Assembly: GCF_964204645.1 (NCBI RefSeq)
Contig: NC_134031.1
Span: 9,982,001-10,046,000, forward strand
Source of the DNA: Tubulanus polymorphus
Taxonomy: Eukaryota > Animalia > Nemertea
DNA length: 64,000 nt
Direction: 5' to 3'
Shown: positions 1 to 11,900 of the stretch, one piece after another
Layout of the letters: each line of letters starts with the position of its first letter
Position numbering within the stretch: position 1 is the first letter of the stretch
Notes under the pieces: generated by a model
Told to the model about the DNA's origin: nothing
The model's database searches: none
What the model saw: only the letters and a program-made list of their open reading frames with translations
Made by a program: the position numbers and the translations under genes

Positions 1-2869
1 GTAACCAGTATCTGAATCATCTGCAATATCTAGGATTCTTTTCTTCCAATCAAATTTATCATTATTTTCATGTTGTAAAACTTCACTTATTTCAAATACT
101 CCATAAGGTTGTGGTTCCATCATTGCCCAACCATACAAATCATTTGCATCTATATATAATAACTTATATCCAGGGTTATCATTTACATTGAAATATCTAT
201 CGCCTAATACACCCGTAACTCCTCCTCTTATAGATTTTTCAAATAATAATAATTGATCTACATTTGTTAACAAATCCATTTTTATATCTGTAAATTTTAA
301 TCCACAATCCCATGTTAAACCTGGTGATGAATAACAATGACATGGATCAATATTAAAATATTTTAGGTTTACATCTCTAAACCTTTCGAATATATCGGTT
401 AATAATAATACATCTGATTTTAGATATGAATCTACTAATTGTCCATGATTTTCTATTTTGAAATGATTCCAAATATTCAATGTTCTATTATATACTTCAT
501 CTTTAACATATTCATTTTTTAATTCATCATAGAATTGTTCTTTTAATAATTCAGTTATGTTAAAATCATTATGATTTTTATAGAAAGAATATGGAATTGC
601 TCCTTTATATCTCATTAATTGGAAATCATCATCATTTGGGTAGTGTTGTTTTAATATTTTCAATTCATCATCAACTAATGATTTTGATAAGTTATCTAAT
701 GAACTATTTAAAAATCTATATGAATCTATAAATCTTAGGCAACCAAATTGGAATGATATATAATTCTCAGATGTTTTAGCTAACATTCTAAATTTATAAG
801 TTGGTATTTTATCTTTTGATCTATTTGAATTTAATCTTTCTATTTCATTATTGATTTCTTCTATTTTATGGCATAACTGTTTGATGAATAAATGTGCATC
901 ATATCCTGATAGATTATGAAATATAACTGGTACAAAGTTAATTTTCTTAGCTTGTCAGTTACAATTCTCATGTGCAGCGCCTCTAAACTTTCCATTCAAA
1001 TGATCATGGTCTCTTACTTTTGTATCTTTATAATTAAATGTCTTTTCACAATAATAACATTTATCTGCAAACGCAAATTCTTCTTTATCTTCTTCTGTCA
1101 TTATAATTTCTATATTTTTATTTAACTTTTCATTAAATTTTATTTCATATTCAATTAATAAGTCACAAAAATGATTGATAACATTTTCATTTCTGTAATG
1201 ATAATATTCACTTTTAAATAGTTCTGGATAATCAGATTTAATATATAACCCGAAAGCTGCAGCTGATTGATGAATCTTTTTAATAGTATTTGTTATTGGT
1301 GGTTCATCTGAAAAATCATTTTCATTAGAATTTAATTTCTTTCTTTTATAATGTATTTCTTTTCTATCTTGATCAGTTAGTTCCTTATTTAATGATTCAA
1401 AATCTCCATATATGACAAATGGAACTTTATTTTTGTAATCATATTTTTTGAATTCTAATATTCTATCCTTTTCATTTGGTAAAACTAATTTACAATAATC
1501 ATGATTTTCACATAATTGTTTATGATTAAATAATGTACTTTCATTACTGAATCTATGTAAACATTTTCTACAAAGATATATTTTATGGTGATCATTTTCT
1601 GATTTAAAAAATAAATCGATTTGTTAATCCACATATAATGATTCTCATAATATAGTATATCTATAACATCATTTGAATCATAATCTTTTGATAGATATAA
1701 AGGTTCTAATGTATAATGTTTTATGTTGTTACCTTTTGTATTTGGTAATTTGATTAAATCAAATACATTTATTCTCAAATTATTATCTCTTTCTATCTTT
1801 GGGATGTTTTTAATTATAACAGATACTTATGTATCTTATCATTATTTTCAAATTGTTTATAATTTGTTAATCTATAAGTATGTTTATTATAATCTTCAAC
1901 TGGGTATAAGCAACTTATTATAGCCCCTTGAAAACATTTATCATCTTCATTTTGTACATTTATTACAGCATTAGTTTTAAATGGTAGTTTAATATAACTC
2001 GATGCTTCAATATCTGGTTCTTTATAATATGATACATTATTTTCATCAATTGGTTTTGATTTAGTTAACTTATTATATTTTGTGTTATAAACATGTGAAG
2101 TCATAAATATTATTTCATCAAATATTAAACCAGATCCTTCAAAATATTTCTCTTCTATTTTAGTTTTTACTTCATTATAACATTTATCTAATTTATCATC
2201 TATATGTTGTTCATATATAATATGTTGTGAATGAGAATTTATATTATATATTGGTTTATCTTCAGATTTTATGAATTTAACTTTTGATGAAATACTTATT
2301 TTAGGATATTCAACATCAGTTATTATTTTTATTATTTCTTTCATATTTTCTAAATGTTTTTTATTTTCTTCTAACGTTTTTCCTTTATGAAATTTAAACT
2401 CGATAGCTGCTGGGCCAATATCACTTTTAAATGCTTCGGTTATCTCTATATCTTTTTTATTATCCAATAAATTAATATATTTTCTTACATCTTCCATGTA
2501 TGGTCTTTTATTGTTTAATTTATTTTTTATGCTTTTAATTGTCTTCTGTTTCTTATCATTATCTTTATCAAAATAATCTTCACCTAAAATATCATTATTC
2601 TTATTTCTAATATGACTTTTAGATTTTAAATGTTCATTATAATATCTTTTATCACTGAATGATTGATTACATGTATCACATTTGTATGTTTCTTTTTCAT
2701 TCTTTAATTCATTTAATTTAGTTTCTAATATATCATCTTCATATTCTAATTTCAATTTATTCTCTAAATGTGTTTTAGTTTTATTGTGTCTTGATTTTTG
2801 GGATTTATCTATATTGATATTGTTCATTGATATTGATCATGTTGGACAGTAGTACTTATTTGCTTCCAT
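1..2869 (-). pseudogene. Polinton A protein-primed DNA polymerase B (pPolB), frameshifted, runs off the window start
   Basis: Near-identical inverted copy of 8915-12060. Two N-terminal C2H2-like fingers, NVQNEDDKCF, RDHDHLNGKFRGAAH, FHNLSGYDAH and YIDANDLYGWAM motifs; split over ORFs 1814-2827 and 1485-1778 with frameshifts and a stop. Confidence 0.9.
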
Positions 2870-2889
2870 TTTAATACTAAATTTTTTTT

Positions 2890-3249
2890 TTAAATTGATT
2901 TTAGAAGTTCAATGATTTATATTATGTATTATTTCAATCACACTTTACTAACACTTTTAATGTTTCAAAATCTAACTCACACAAATATAAATATTGAAAT
3001 AATGTTGTAAATATATCTATATATCTATTCTATAAGAGCTTACACTTTTAAATGTTATTCATGTATATGATTATTTTAAGAGTAATAGGGATAATAGGCT
3101 TTCAGGTTAAAGGTTGAAGGGGCGAGTGAGTAAAAATGAAAAACATGAAAATAATAACAATTTCTACTTGAATTAGGAGTGAAACTCATAAAAATGAAAA
3201 ATAAATTCGAGCGTGTGAGAATTTATTTTTCATTTTTATTAGTTTCGCG
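2890..3249. repeat. Polinton A terminal inverted repeat remnant with truncated terminal hairpin
   Basis: Matches the B right TIR (taaattgattttagaagttcaatg...agtaataggg...); contains the palindrome gaaactcataaaaatgaaaaataaattc-gagcgtgtga-gaatttatttttcatttttattagtttc; the outer arm is missing. Confidence 0.8.
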
Positions 3250-3821
3250 AGCCTCATAATACGTTAATTTCTGGCGTAACAAACTTATTTTATATTAAAT
3301 TCATTAGAAACTATTCATAAAAACTATTTTGATAATATAGTATAATTTTGTCCAACGTATGAATTTAATCAAACTTATGACAGAAATATAACTAGAAATA
3401 ATAAATTTATTGTATTAAATCCTAAAACAGTTAATGAAAATTTAGATAATTGTATTAATATAGCAATTGATATTTATAAAGGATCAAATACATTATTCAC
3501 TATACATGATTGTGCAAATTTACATGATTCAAAAATTAGAGAGAGTGAATTATGTTATTTAGCTTTCTCTGGAAGACATTTTGGGATAACAACTTGGGTT
3601 TTAAATCAAAAATATAATTCAATTGTTAACGATTTTAGGGGAATATTAGATTTTTAGTATTATTCTACAATAAAGATAGGAAATCGATGAAAAATGCGCT
3701 TGAGGAAAGTGATATTATTCCACATGATTTACACAATGAATATATGGATAAATTGAAAAATAATAAAAGATCAAAATTACTATTTCGATTACAACACCCA
3801 TTTAAATATGAATTTATTTAA
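3249..3821 (+). pseudogene. Packaging ATPase (A32/FtsK-like) pseudogene
   Basis: Translates to EPHNTLISGVTN...DCANLHDSKIRESELCYLAFSGRHFGITTWVLNQKY, homologous to 38040-38651; Walker A CGKT is lost and there are frameshifts. Confidence 0.85.
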
Positions 3822-3909
3822 ACTCAACTAGCTTGTTAATCTAGTATATTTTAGTCACATTCTAGTTAAATTTTAGTTATTGGCAGTTGAAATAAAAACA
3901 ACAATATTT

Positions 3910-6745
3910 GAAAGGCTGAATCCAAGAACATGTCTATCGCACTTTTGAGCCCAAACGTCTACTTTTACTTAGTAGTCACTTGAGAACAATAAGCGATTAA
4001 CGATATCAGCTACTTTTCCAGTAGTATACATTTCAAAACAGTCACTCTGAAATAGTATTCCTTTCAATTCGGTTGGTTTTCTATAGTGGCTGTTTCGAAG
4101 AGTCTACTATTGAAAAGTGACCATTTTGAAACATCTGGTTTCGATAGTGCACACTAGCAGTAGAGGTGACTGTAAAACCACCCGCCTGTTAACAGTGACT
4201 TTGTGATTGTAACTCCTACCATAGCAGCTACTCTCAAAACACATCGTTTCTAAAAGTCATCTATTGAAAAGTAACCATTTTGAGATCGCTTGCCAGATTC
4301 CCTGTTATAAATACACGGTAGCAACATATGCATCAAATTTGCAGTGATACGTGACAATATAAACATACGGAAAACTCTACTCACTCTATAGTTTGGGGTA
4401 TAGTTCCATTAAGAGTGACTCAGTTAAGATCCGAAGATATTGTAGATACTCTTTGAGGATGTGAAATGTAATGAGCGATTCCCAACTCTAACCAATAAAA
4501 GTCGAGATTGGAATTAAATTTGTTCACAAATTGTCAATAGTTATGTAGTTTTAAGATAAATCGAAATTTCCTTCTTTTCATGAATTCAATTTGAACAATA
4601 AAGCTTTTTTTCAAGCATAGGTCTGCATTTATTTTTGATTTAAATTCTTAGATTAAAAGCACAATTATGAATTCAGGCTAACCTCTCATTATTGAAATGG
4701 TGGTTTATTTTCAACGGGGGCCTGGTTGTCTTTGCATCTTAAATTAAGATGTGCATTTCGGAGTGTCCGAATTTCCATGAATCCTAATTTCGCAAAATCA
4801 TTGATTTTTTTAAAACAAAATATGCTTTATCCATGTGGATTATAAAAATTCTAAGCGAGCCCAAATTTGATCGAATTTAATAGAAGAAACTTTGTATGGT
4901 ATTCAAGATATCATTTGGATTACGGTAACAGCCTTTGGTGATCGTCCCTGGGGCCATGAATGAAGAATTCCGCAAAAGAATTTTAAATATGATAAAATTT
5001 GTTATGGTGAAACCGCAACGTTTCGACTGTTGGCTAACAGCCATCAGCAGGTAGAATTTAGGCATTCCTAGTGAGAAGGGCTTTTAGTCAGATGGCTGTC
5101 AGTTAACAGCCGAAACGTTGTGGTTCAACTTTAATAAATTTCATGATACAAAATTCTATTGTGGAATTTCTTCATTTGTCTACAGTTAACACGGTTTAGA
5201 GTATTTTATTCGACTTCTTCGGGTCCTGTAGCCGTTTAGATCGAAAATTATTTACTTTTCGGCACAGAAGGGATATACAACCGAGTTTGTCGCTATGAGA
5301 GGGATTCCCTGTATATCTGCACCTTAAAGCGGTACCCTTGTTGGTTCTAGCCCGCATTCGCTTCCAAATTCAAGTATTGGTAACGTTGGTTTACAATAAT
5401 TTGAGAAAAAGAGTATAGTTGGAGAAAACTGACGATTATCTTATAATTCAGCGATTCATTGGTTCATCGATTCGTAAAAATAAAATATAGTCTCATAGAG
5501 ATATTGCGGTGCTAAGTTTATTACTATTAAGAGAGGTGATTACTTTTGGTTCAGGTGGTCAGTGCAGTTAGTTCATTGGTTATTCAATCACTGTCTAGTT
5601 AGCCAGTGTAATTGACCTGCTGACCGATAGCTGCTGCTGAGTTTTTGATAACCTATATAAACAATTTACTCAACAAAGTAGGAAAGTATGTGAAACTGAA
5701 ATTACAGCCTATCACATTTCTTTCACTTCTTAAGCCAAACGAAGTTTTCACTATCAAATGAAATTGCTGATTTCAAAATTACGTGAACATCTCAACACTC
5801 AACTCTTATACGCTAATCCTTTGATCTTTCATAATACTTGGTAATTTCATTTCAACCAAACTATATAACTACGAAATAAGATTTTGATTAGGGTATCACT
5901 TCTAGCAAGCGATAAAACGATATTCAAGAACGAACAAGCAGAGAACCGCGTGACAAAGTGAACATCACATGGATTACTTAAAAATCATTTGTATCGAAAT
6001 AAACAATAAATTCAAGGTTAATTAAGTATTTTAGATACATTTTTTTCGTAATTCATTTTCTCAACATATAATTTTATTTGTATATTCCTCTCTCATATAC
6101 CCTTAAAAACAAATTAAGCCTAAAAGACAAATTTATTTTTTGTCTTTCTTTTCTACAAAATCAAAGATTTATGAACGCACCAGAATGTTTTATAATCGCA
6201 AATCTTAAAATTCTAAAAATTCTAGGACTGGCACTATATTTTCGTATTAATGGATTTAATCCATGATGATATAATTTAGGGGATTCTCAGCAACTCAAAA
6301 ACTTTGCGTATCACTGCAAATCTAAATTAAAACAGATGCTGCTATTTTGAACAGGAAATTACCATGCCATCTCAAAATGGTCACTTTTCAATAGTTGACT
6401 TTTAGAAACGATGTGTTTTAAGAGTAGCTGTTATGGTAAGAGTTACTATCACAAAGTCACTGTTGACAGACGGGTGGTTTTACAGTCACCTCTACTGCTA
6501 GTGTGCACTATCGAAACCAGATGTTTTAATATGGTCACTTTTCAATAGTAGACTCTTCGAAACAGCCACTATAGAAAACCAACCGAAATGAAAGGAATGC
6601 TACTTCAGAGTGACTGTTTTGAAAGGTATACTACTGGAAAAGTAGCTGATATCGTTAATTGCTTATTGTTCTCAAGTGGCTACTAAGTAAAAGTAGACGT
6701 TTGGGCTCAAAATTGCGATAGACATGTTCTTGGATTCAGCCTTTC
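3910..6745. mobile_element. Non-autonomous DNA transposon with ~375-bp TIRs and 4-bp ATTT TSD (Sola-like by TSD only)
   Basis: GAAAGGCTGAATCCAAGAACATG... (3910-~4286) is inverted at ~6369-6745; ATTT at 3906-3909 and 6746-6749; removal restores the local acaatattt(t/c)aactagcttg repeat; no transposase ORF. Confidence 0.8.
4958..5178. repeat. Imperfect ~220-bp foldback, possibly Penelope pLTR-derived
   Basis: Arms ...caacgtttcgactgttggctaacagccatc / gatggctgtcagttaacagccgaaacgttg...; resembles the stemII-GAAAC half of PLE hammerheads. Confidence 0.5.
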
Positions 6746-6965
6746 ATTTTAACTAGCTTGTTAATCTAGCATATTTTTAGTTACATTCTAGTTGAATTCT
6801 AGTTATTGGTAGATGAAATAAACATCAAATAAAATTCAACAAAAAATAAATAAAAACAACAATATTTCAACTAGCTTGTTAATCTAGAATATTTTTAGTT
6901 ACATTCTAGTTAAATTCTAGTTGAATTCTAGTTGCAACAGCACAACTAATTTGTTTCTTTTATAA

Positions 6966-7529
6966 ATGGGAGGTGAAAAGAAAATAAAATCTAAAAATAG
7001 TGATGTTCCAATTGAAAAAACTTTAGATGATTTAGGAATAACAGAAACAAAATTAGCGTCAGATAATAATGGTGCTACTAATAATGATATTACTACAAAC
7101 AATAATTATGAATATTATCTTTATTGCAAACATCAATTAGAAATATTAATAGCATCTGGGAAATGAAAAAGTTTTATTAGTAAAAATTTAACTTATAATG
7201 AATTAGATACAATGAAATCAGATGAAATTATTTGAGATTCATGAAACTGCGAGAATAGCTAGAATTAATGATGCGATGTCAGAAAATGTTATAGTAAATT
7301 ATGTAATTATGTGCTGCCAATTCAAGATGAAAATAGATTATATTCCGATTTAAAAAATGACTATTTAGTTATGACCGAATTAAATAAATGGATTGGATAT
7401 TTATCATTTCAATTAGGTGGATTAATGACGCTATTATCAACTGCAGTTATAACATTTTCAAATATTGAAAGTAAAAATTTGTCTACAATAAATGAGCGAA
7501 GTGGAAGAGGTGAAAGAATTAACTGTTAA
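6966..7529 (+). pseudogene. Polinton conserved hypothetical (homolog of 40127-40729), frameshifted
   Basis: IEKTLDDLGI, YEYYLYCKH and DENRLYSDLKNDYLVMTEL are shared with the 200-aa ORF of B. Confidence 0.85.
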
Positions 7530-7861
7530 GAAAAAACCGAGAACTCAGAAACAAATTGAATGGTCTCGGCAATTAGGAATTTAATCACAGGAATATAAAA
7601 AAGCTGTAAATGAAAAAATGAATAATGAAAATGTTTATAATAATGGTGAATATATTGTTATTTCTACTCCTTCTGATAATAGAATATTTGGTAAATATTT
7701 ATATTTTGCAAATGGATTTGTAATTGTATTCATTTTTATTGGGTGTAGTTGGTATAAGAAATCAAATAAAATTTATGATATTAATAATTCTGAAACTACT
7801 GCTATTAAAAATGAAAATACTTCTGAAATTCCAAAATTCACAATTAAAAAAAATGGATTAA
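7492..7861 (+). pseudogene. Polinton small TM protein (homolog of 39784-40134), internal stop
   Basis: KKKPRTQKQIEWSRQLG vs KKKVRSEKQIKWARELG; hydrophobic segment. Confidence 0.7.
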
Positions 7862-8354
7862 TATTTAGAAAAAAAGCAAAAAATAATTTCATTTTAATTA
7901 ATTGAATATCCCACTACTTTTGTAGTTCAAGTATAAATGAACTAATTTATTGCCGCAGACTTCACATTCAGCCGCGGTCTTCAAACAGTAATTTTAACAA
8001 TAGCCCATTTTCCTCATCAAATCATATTACCGATACACAGGAAATTTACTACTTTAGATTTTAAAAGCACTGTCGAGCCGTAAACATCGACGAATCGACG
8101 TGTATCACTACATCGTCGTTCCGGGGATCAGCTGCGAGTTTCTCCTCATCATGAGAATCAAATCGAGTACAAATTAATTCATTACTACCAGTGATTTGGC
8201 TGCGGGTTTCAAGGAGTTAGTTTAACAATACCTATTTTTCTTTACCAAATTAACCGTGTATTTACTAAGATAAATCTTTAGTGTACCGGGGGTCGTAGGC
8301 CTAAACTAAACACGCCGAAGAGATATAGCGGAGAAAAGCTGTTATGTCAACGAG

Positions 8355-8552
8355 AGTAATAGGGGTAATGGGCTTTCAGATCAAAGGTCGAAGGGTCGAG
8401 CTCGTAAAAAAATGAAAATAACAATAATGTACAGTTGAATTAGTCGCGCACACTCCTAATTCAACTGTAAATTATTGTTATTTTCATTTTTTACTCACTC
8501 GCCCCTTCAACCTTTAACCTGAAAGCCCATTACCCCTATTACTCTTAAAGTA

Positions 8553-8606
<54 letters not shown>

Positions 8607-8894
8607 TATTTTAAGAGTAATAGGGGTTTATATATATATATATAAACATAATTTACATGAATAACATATAAATTGATAGATTATTCAATATAAAAGTGTT
8701 AGTAAAGTGTTAGTAAAAAAGTAACGAGTAATTAACGAGCTCTTATAGAATAGATATATAGATATATTTTAAACATTATTTCAATATTTATATTTGTATA
8801 AAGTTAGATTTAGATTTTTAAACATTAAAAGTGTTAGTAAAGTGTGATTGAAATAATACATGATATAAATCATTGAACTTCTAAAATCAATTTA
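8355..8894 (+). repeat. Polinton B left TIR (terminal hairpin 8355-8543, (TA)n tract)
   Basis: Reverse complement of 43111-43633. Confidence 0.93.
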
Positions 8895-8914
8895 AAAAAA
8901 AATTTAGTATTAAA

Positions 8915-11900
8915 ATGGAAGCAAATAAGTACTACTGCCCAACATGTAATATCAATATAGATAAATCCCAAAAATCAAGACACAATAAAACTAAAACACA
9001 TTTAGAGAATAAATTGAAACTAGAATATAAAGATGATATATTAGAAACTAAATTAGATGAATTAAAGAACGAAAAAGAAACATACAAATGTGATACATGT
9101 AATCAATCATTCAGTGATAAAAGATATTATGATGAACATTTAAAATCTAAAAGTCATATTAGAAATATGAATAATGATATTTTAGGTGAAGATTATTTTG
9201 ATAATGACAATGATATGATAAGAAACAGAAGACAATTAAAAGCATAAAAAATAAATTAAACAATAAAAGACCATACATGGAAGATGTTAGAAAATATATT
9301 AATTTATTGGATAATAAAAAAGATATAGAGATAACCGAAGCATTTAAAAGTGATATTGGCCCAGCAGCTATCGAGTTTAAATTTCATAAAGGAAAAACGT
9401 TAGAAGAAAATAAAAAACATTTAGAAAATATGAAAGAAATAATAAAAATAATAACTGATGTTGAATATTCTAAAATAAGTATTTCATCAAAAGTTAAATT
9501 CATAAAATCTGAAGATAAACCAATATATAATATAAATTCTTATTCACAACATATTATATCTAAACAACATATAGATGATAAATTAGATAAATGTTATAAT
9601 GAAGTAAAAACTAAAATAGAAGAGAAATATTTTGAAGGATCTGGTTTAATATTTGATGAAATAATATTTATGACTTTACATGTTTATAACACAAAAAATA
9701 ATAAGTTAACTAAATCAAAACCAATAGATGAAAATAATGTATCATATTATAAAGAACAAGATATTGAAGCATCAAGTTATATTAAACCACCATTTAAAAC
9801 TAATGCTGTAATAAATGTACAAAATGAAGATGATAAATGTTTTCTATGGACAATAATTAGTTGTTTACATCCTGCAACTTATAATATTTGTAGATTAACT
9901 CATTATAAACCATTTGAAAATAATTATAAGATAGATAAGTATCCTGTTATAATTAAAAACATCCCAAAAATAGAAAGAGATAATAATTTGAGAATAAATG
10001 TATTTGATTTAATCAAATTACCAAATACAAAAGGTAACAACATAAAACATTATACATTAGAACCTTTATATCTATCAAAAGATTATGATTCAAATGATGT
10101 TATAGATATACTATATTATGAGAATCATTATATGTGGATTAACAAATCGATTTATTTTTTAAATCAGAAAATGATCACCATAAAATATATCTTTGTAGAA
10201 AATGTTTACATAGATTCAGTAATGAAAGTACATTATTTAATCATAAACAATTATGTGAAAATCATGATTATTGTAAATTAGTTTTACCAAATGAAAAGGA
10301 TAGAATATTAGAATTCAAAAAATATGATTACAAAAATAAAGTTCCATTTGTCATATATGGAGATTTTGAATCATTAAATAAGGAACTAACTGATCAAGAT
10401 AGAAAAGAAATACATTATAAAAGAAAGAAATTAAATTCTAATGAAAATGATTTTTCAGATGAACCACCAATAATAACAAATACTATTAAAAAGATTCATC
10501 AATCAGCTGCAGCTTTCGGGTTATATATTAAATCTGATTATCCAGAACTATTTAAAAGTGAATATTATCATTACAGAAATGAAAATGTTATCAATCATTT
10601 TTGTGACTTATTAATTGAATATGAAATAAAATTTAATGAAAAGTTAAATAAAAATATAGAAATTATAATGACAGAAGAAGATAAAGAAGAATTTGCGTTT
10701 GCAGATAAATGTTATTATTGTGAAAAGATATTTAATTATAAAGATAAAAAAGTAAGAGACCATGATCATTTGAATGGAAAGTTTAGAGGCGCTGCACATG
10801 AGAATTGTAACTGACAAGCTAAGAAAATTAACTTTGTACCAGTTATATTTCATAATCTATCAGGATATGATGCACATTTATTCATCAAACAGTTATGCCA
10901 TAAAATAGAAGAAATCAATAATGAAATAGAAAGATTAAATTCAAATAGATCAAAAGATAAAATACCAACTTATAAATTTAGAATGTTAGCTAAAACATCT
11001 GAGAATTATATATCATTCCAATTTGGTTGCCTAAGATTTATAGATTCATATAGATTTTTAAATAGTTCATTAGATAACTTATCAAAATCATTAGTTGATG
11101 ATGAATTAAAAATATTAAAGCAACACTACCCAAATAATGATGATTTTCAATTAATGAGATATAAAGGCGCAATTCCATATTCATTTTATAAATCACATAA
11201 TGATTTTAACATAACTGAATTATTAAAAGAACAATTCTATGATGAATTAAAAAATGAATATGTTAAAGATGAAGTATATAATAGAACATTGAATATTTGG
11301 AATCATTTTAGAATGAAAAATCATGGGCAATTAGTAGATTTATATCTAAAATCAGATACATGACGCAGTGGATATAATGAAGATATATTGAGAGAATATG
11401 AAGCTGCAGTTAGGGGTAGGGGTACCCGAATGACCCGAAAGTAGGTCAAATTTTTTTTGGACATTTTGGGGGCCTCTAACGACCCCAGAATAGCTAGATC
11501 ATCAGAAACAAGCTGAATCATCATATTTTAGTGTAGGGAAGCGTATTAGACCGTCTAGAAGTTTGAGAACCCAATATTTTTTGAAAAAATTTTTTTTTTC
11601 GAAATAAAAGTCGCAAAATCTCAGGATCTGGTTTTTAGAGAAGTCGCATGGAAAGAGTTCCGATATATTCGAAAGGTTTAGAGATGTAAACCTAAAATAT
11701 TTTAACATTGATCCTTGTCATTGTTATTCATCACCAGGTTTAACATGGGATTGTGGATTGAAATTTACAGATATAAAAATGGATTTGTTAACAAATATAG
11801 ATCAATTATTATTATTTGAAAAATCTATAAGAGGAGGTATTTCAGGTGTATTAGGGGATAGATATTTCAATGTAAATAATAACCCTGGATATAAGTTATT

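Noticed and set aside
916-1125. Short ORFs antisense to pPolB, transposase and DIRS genes (also 10644-10853, 24569-25591, 34729-35948)
   Set aside because: Shadow frames of real genes on the opposite strand.
10140-10160. Programmed ribosomal frameshift in pPolB
   Set aside because: Shared by A and B, but so is an in-frame stop; inheritance or conversion of a lesion is simpler.
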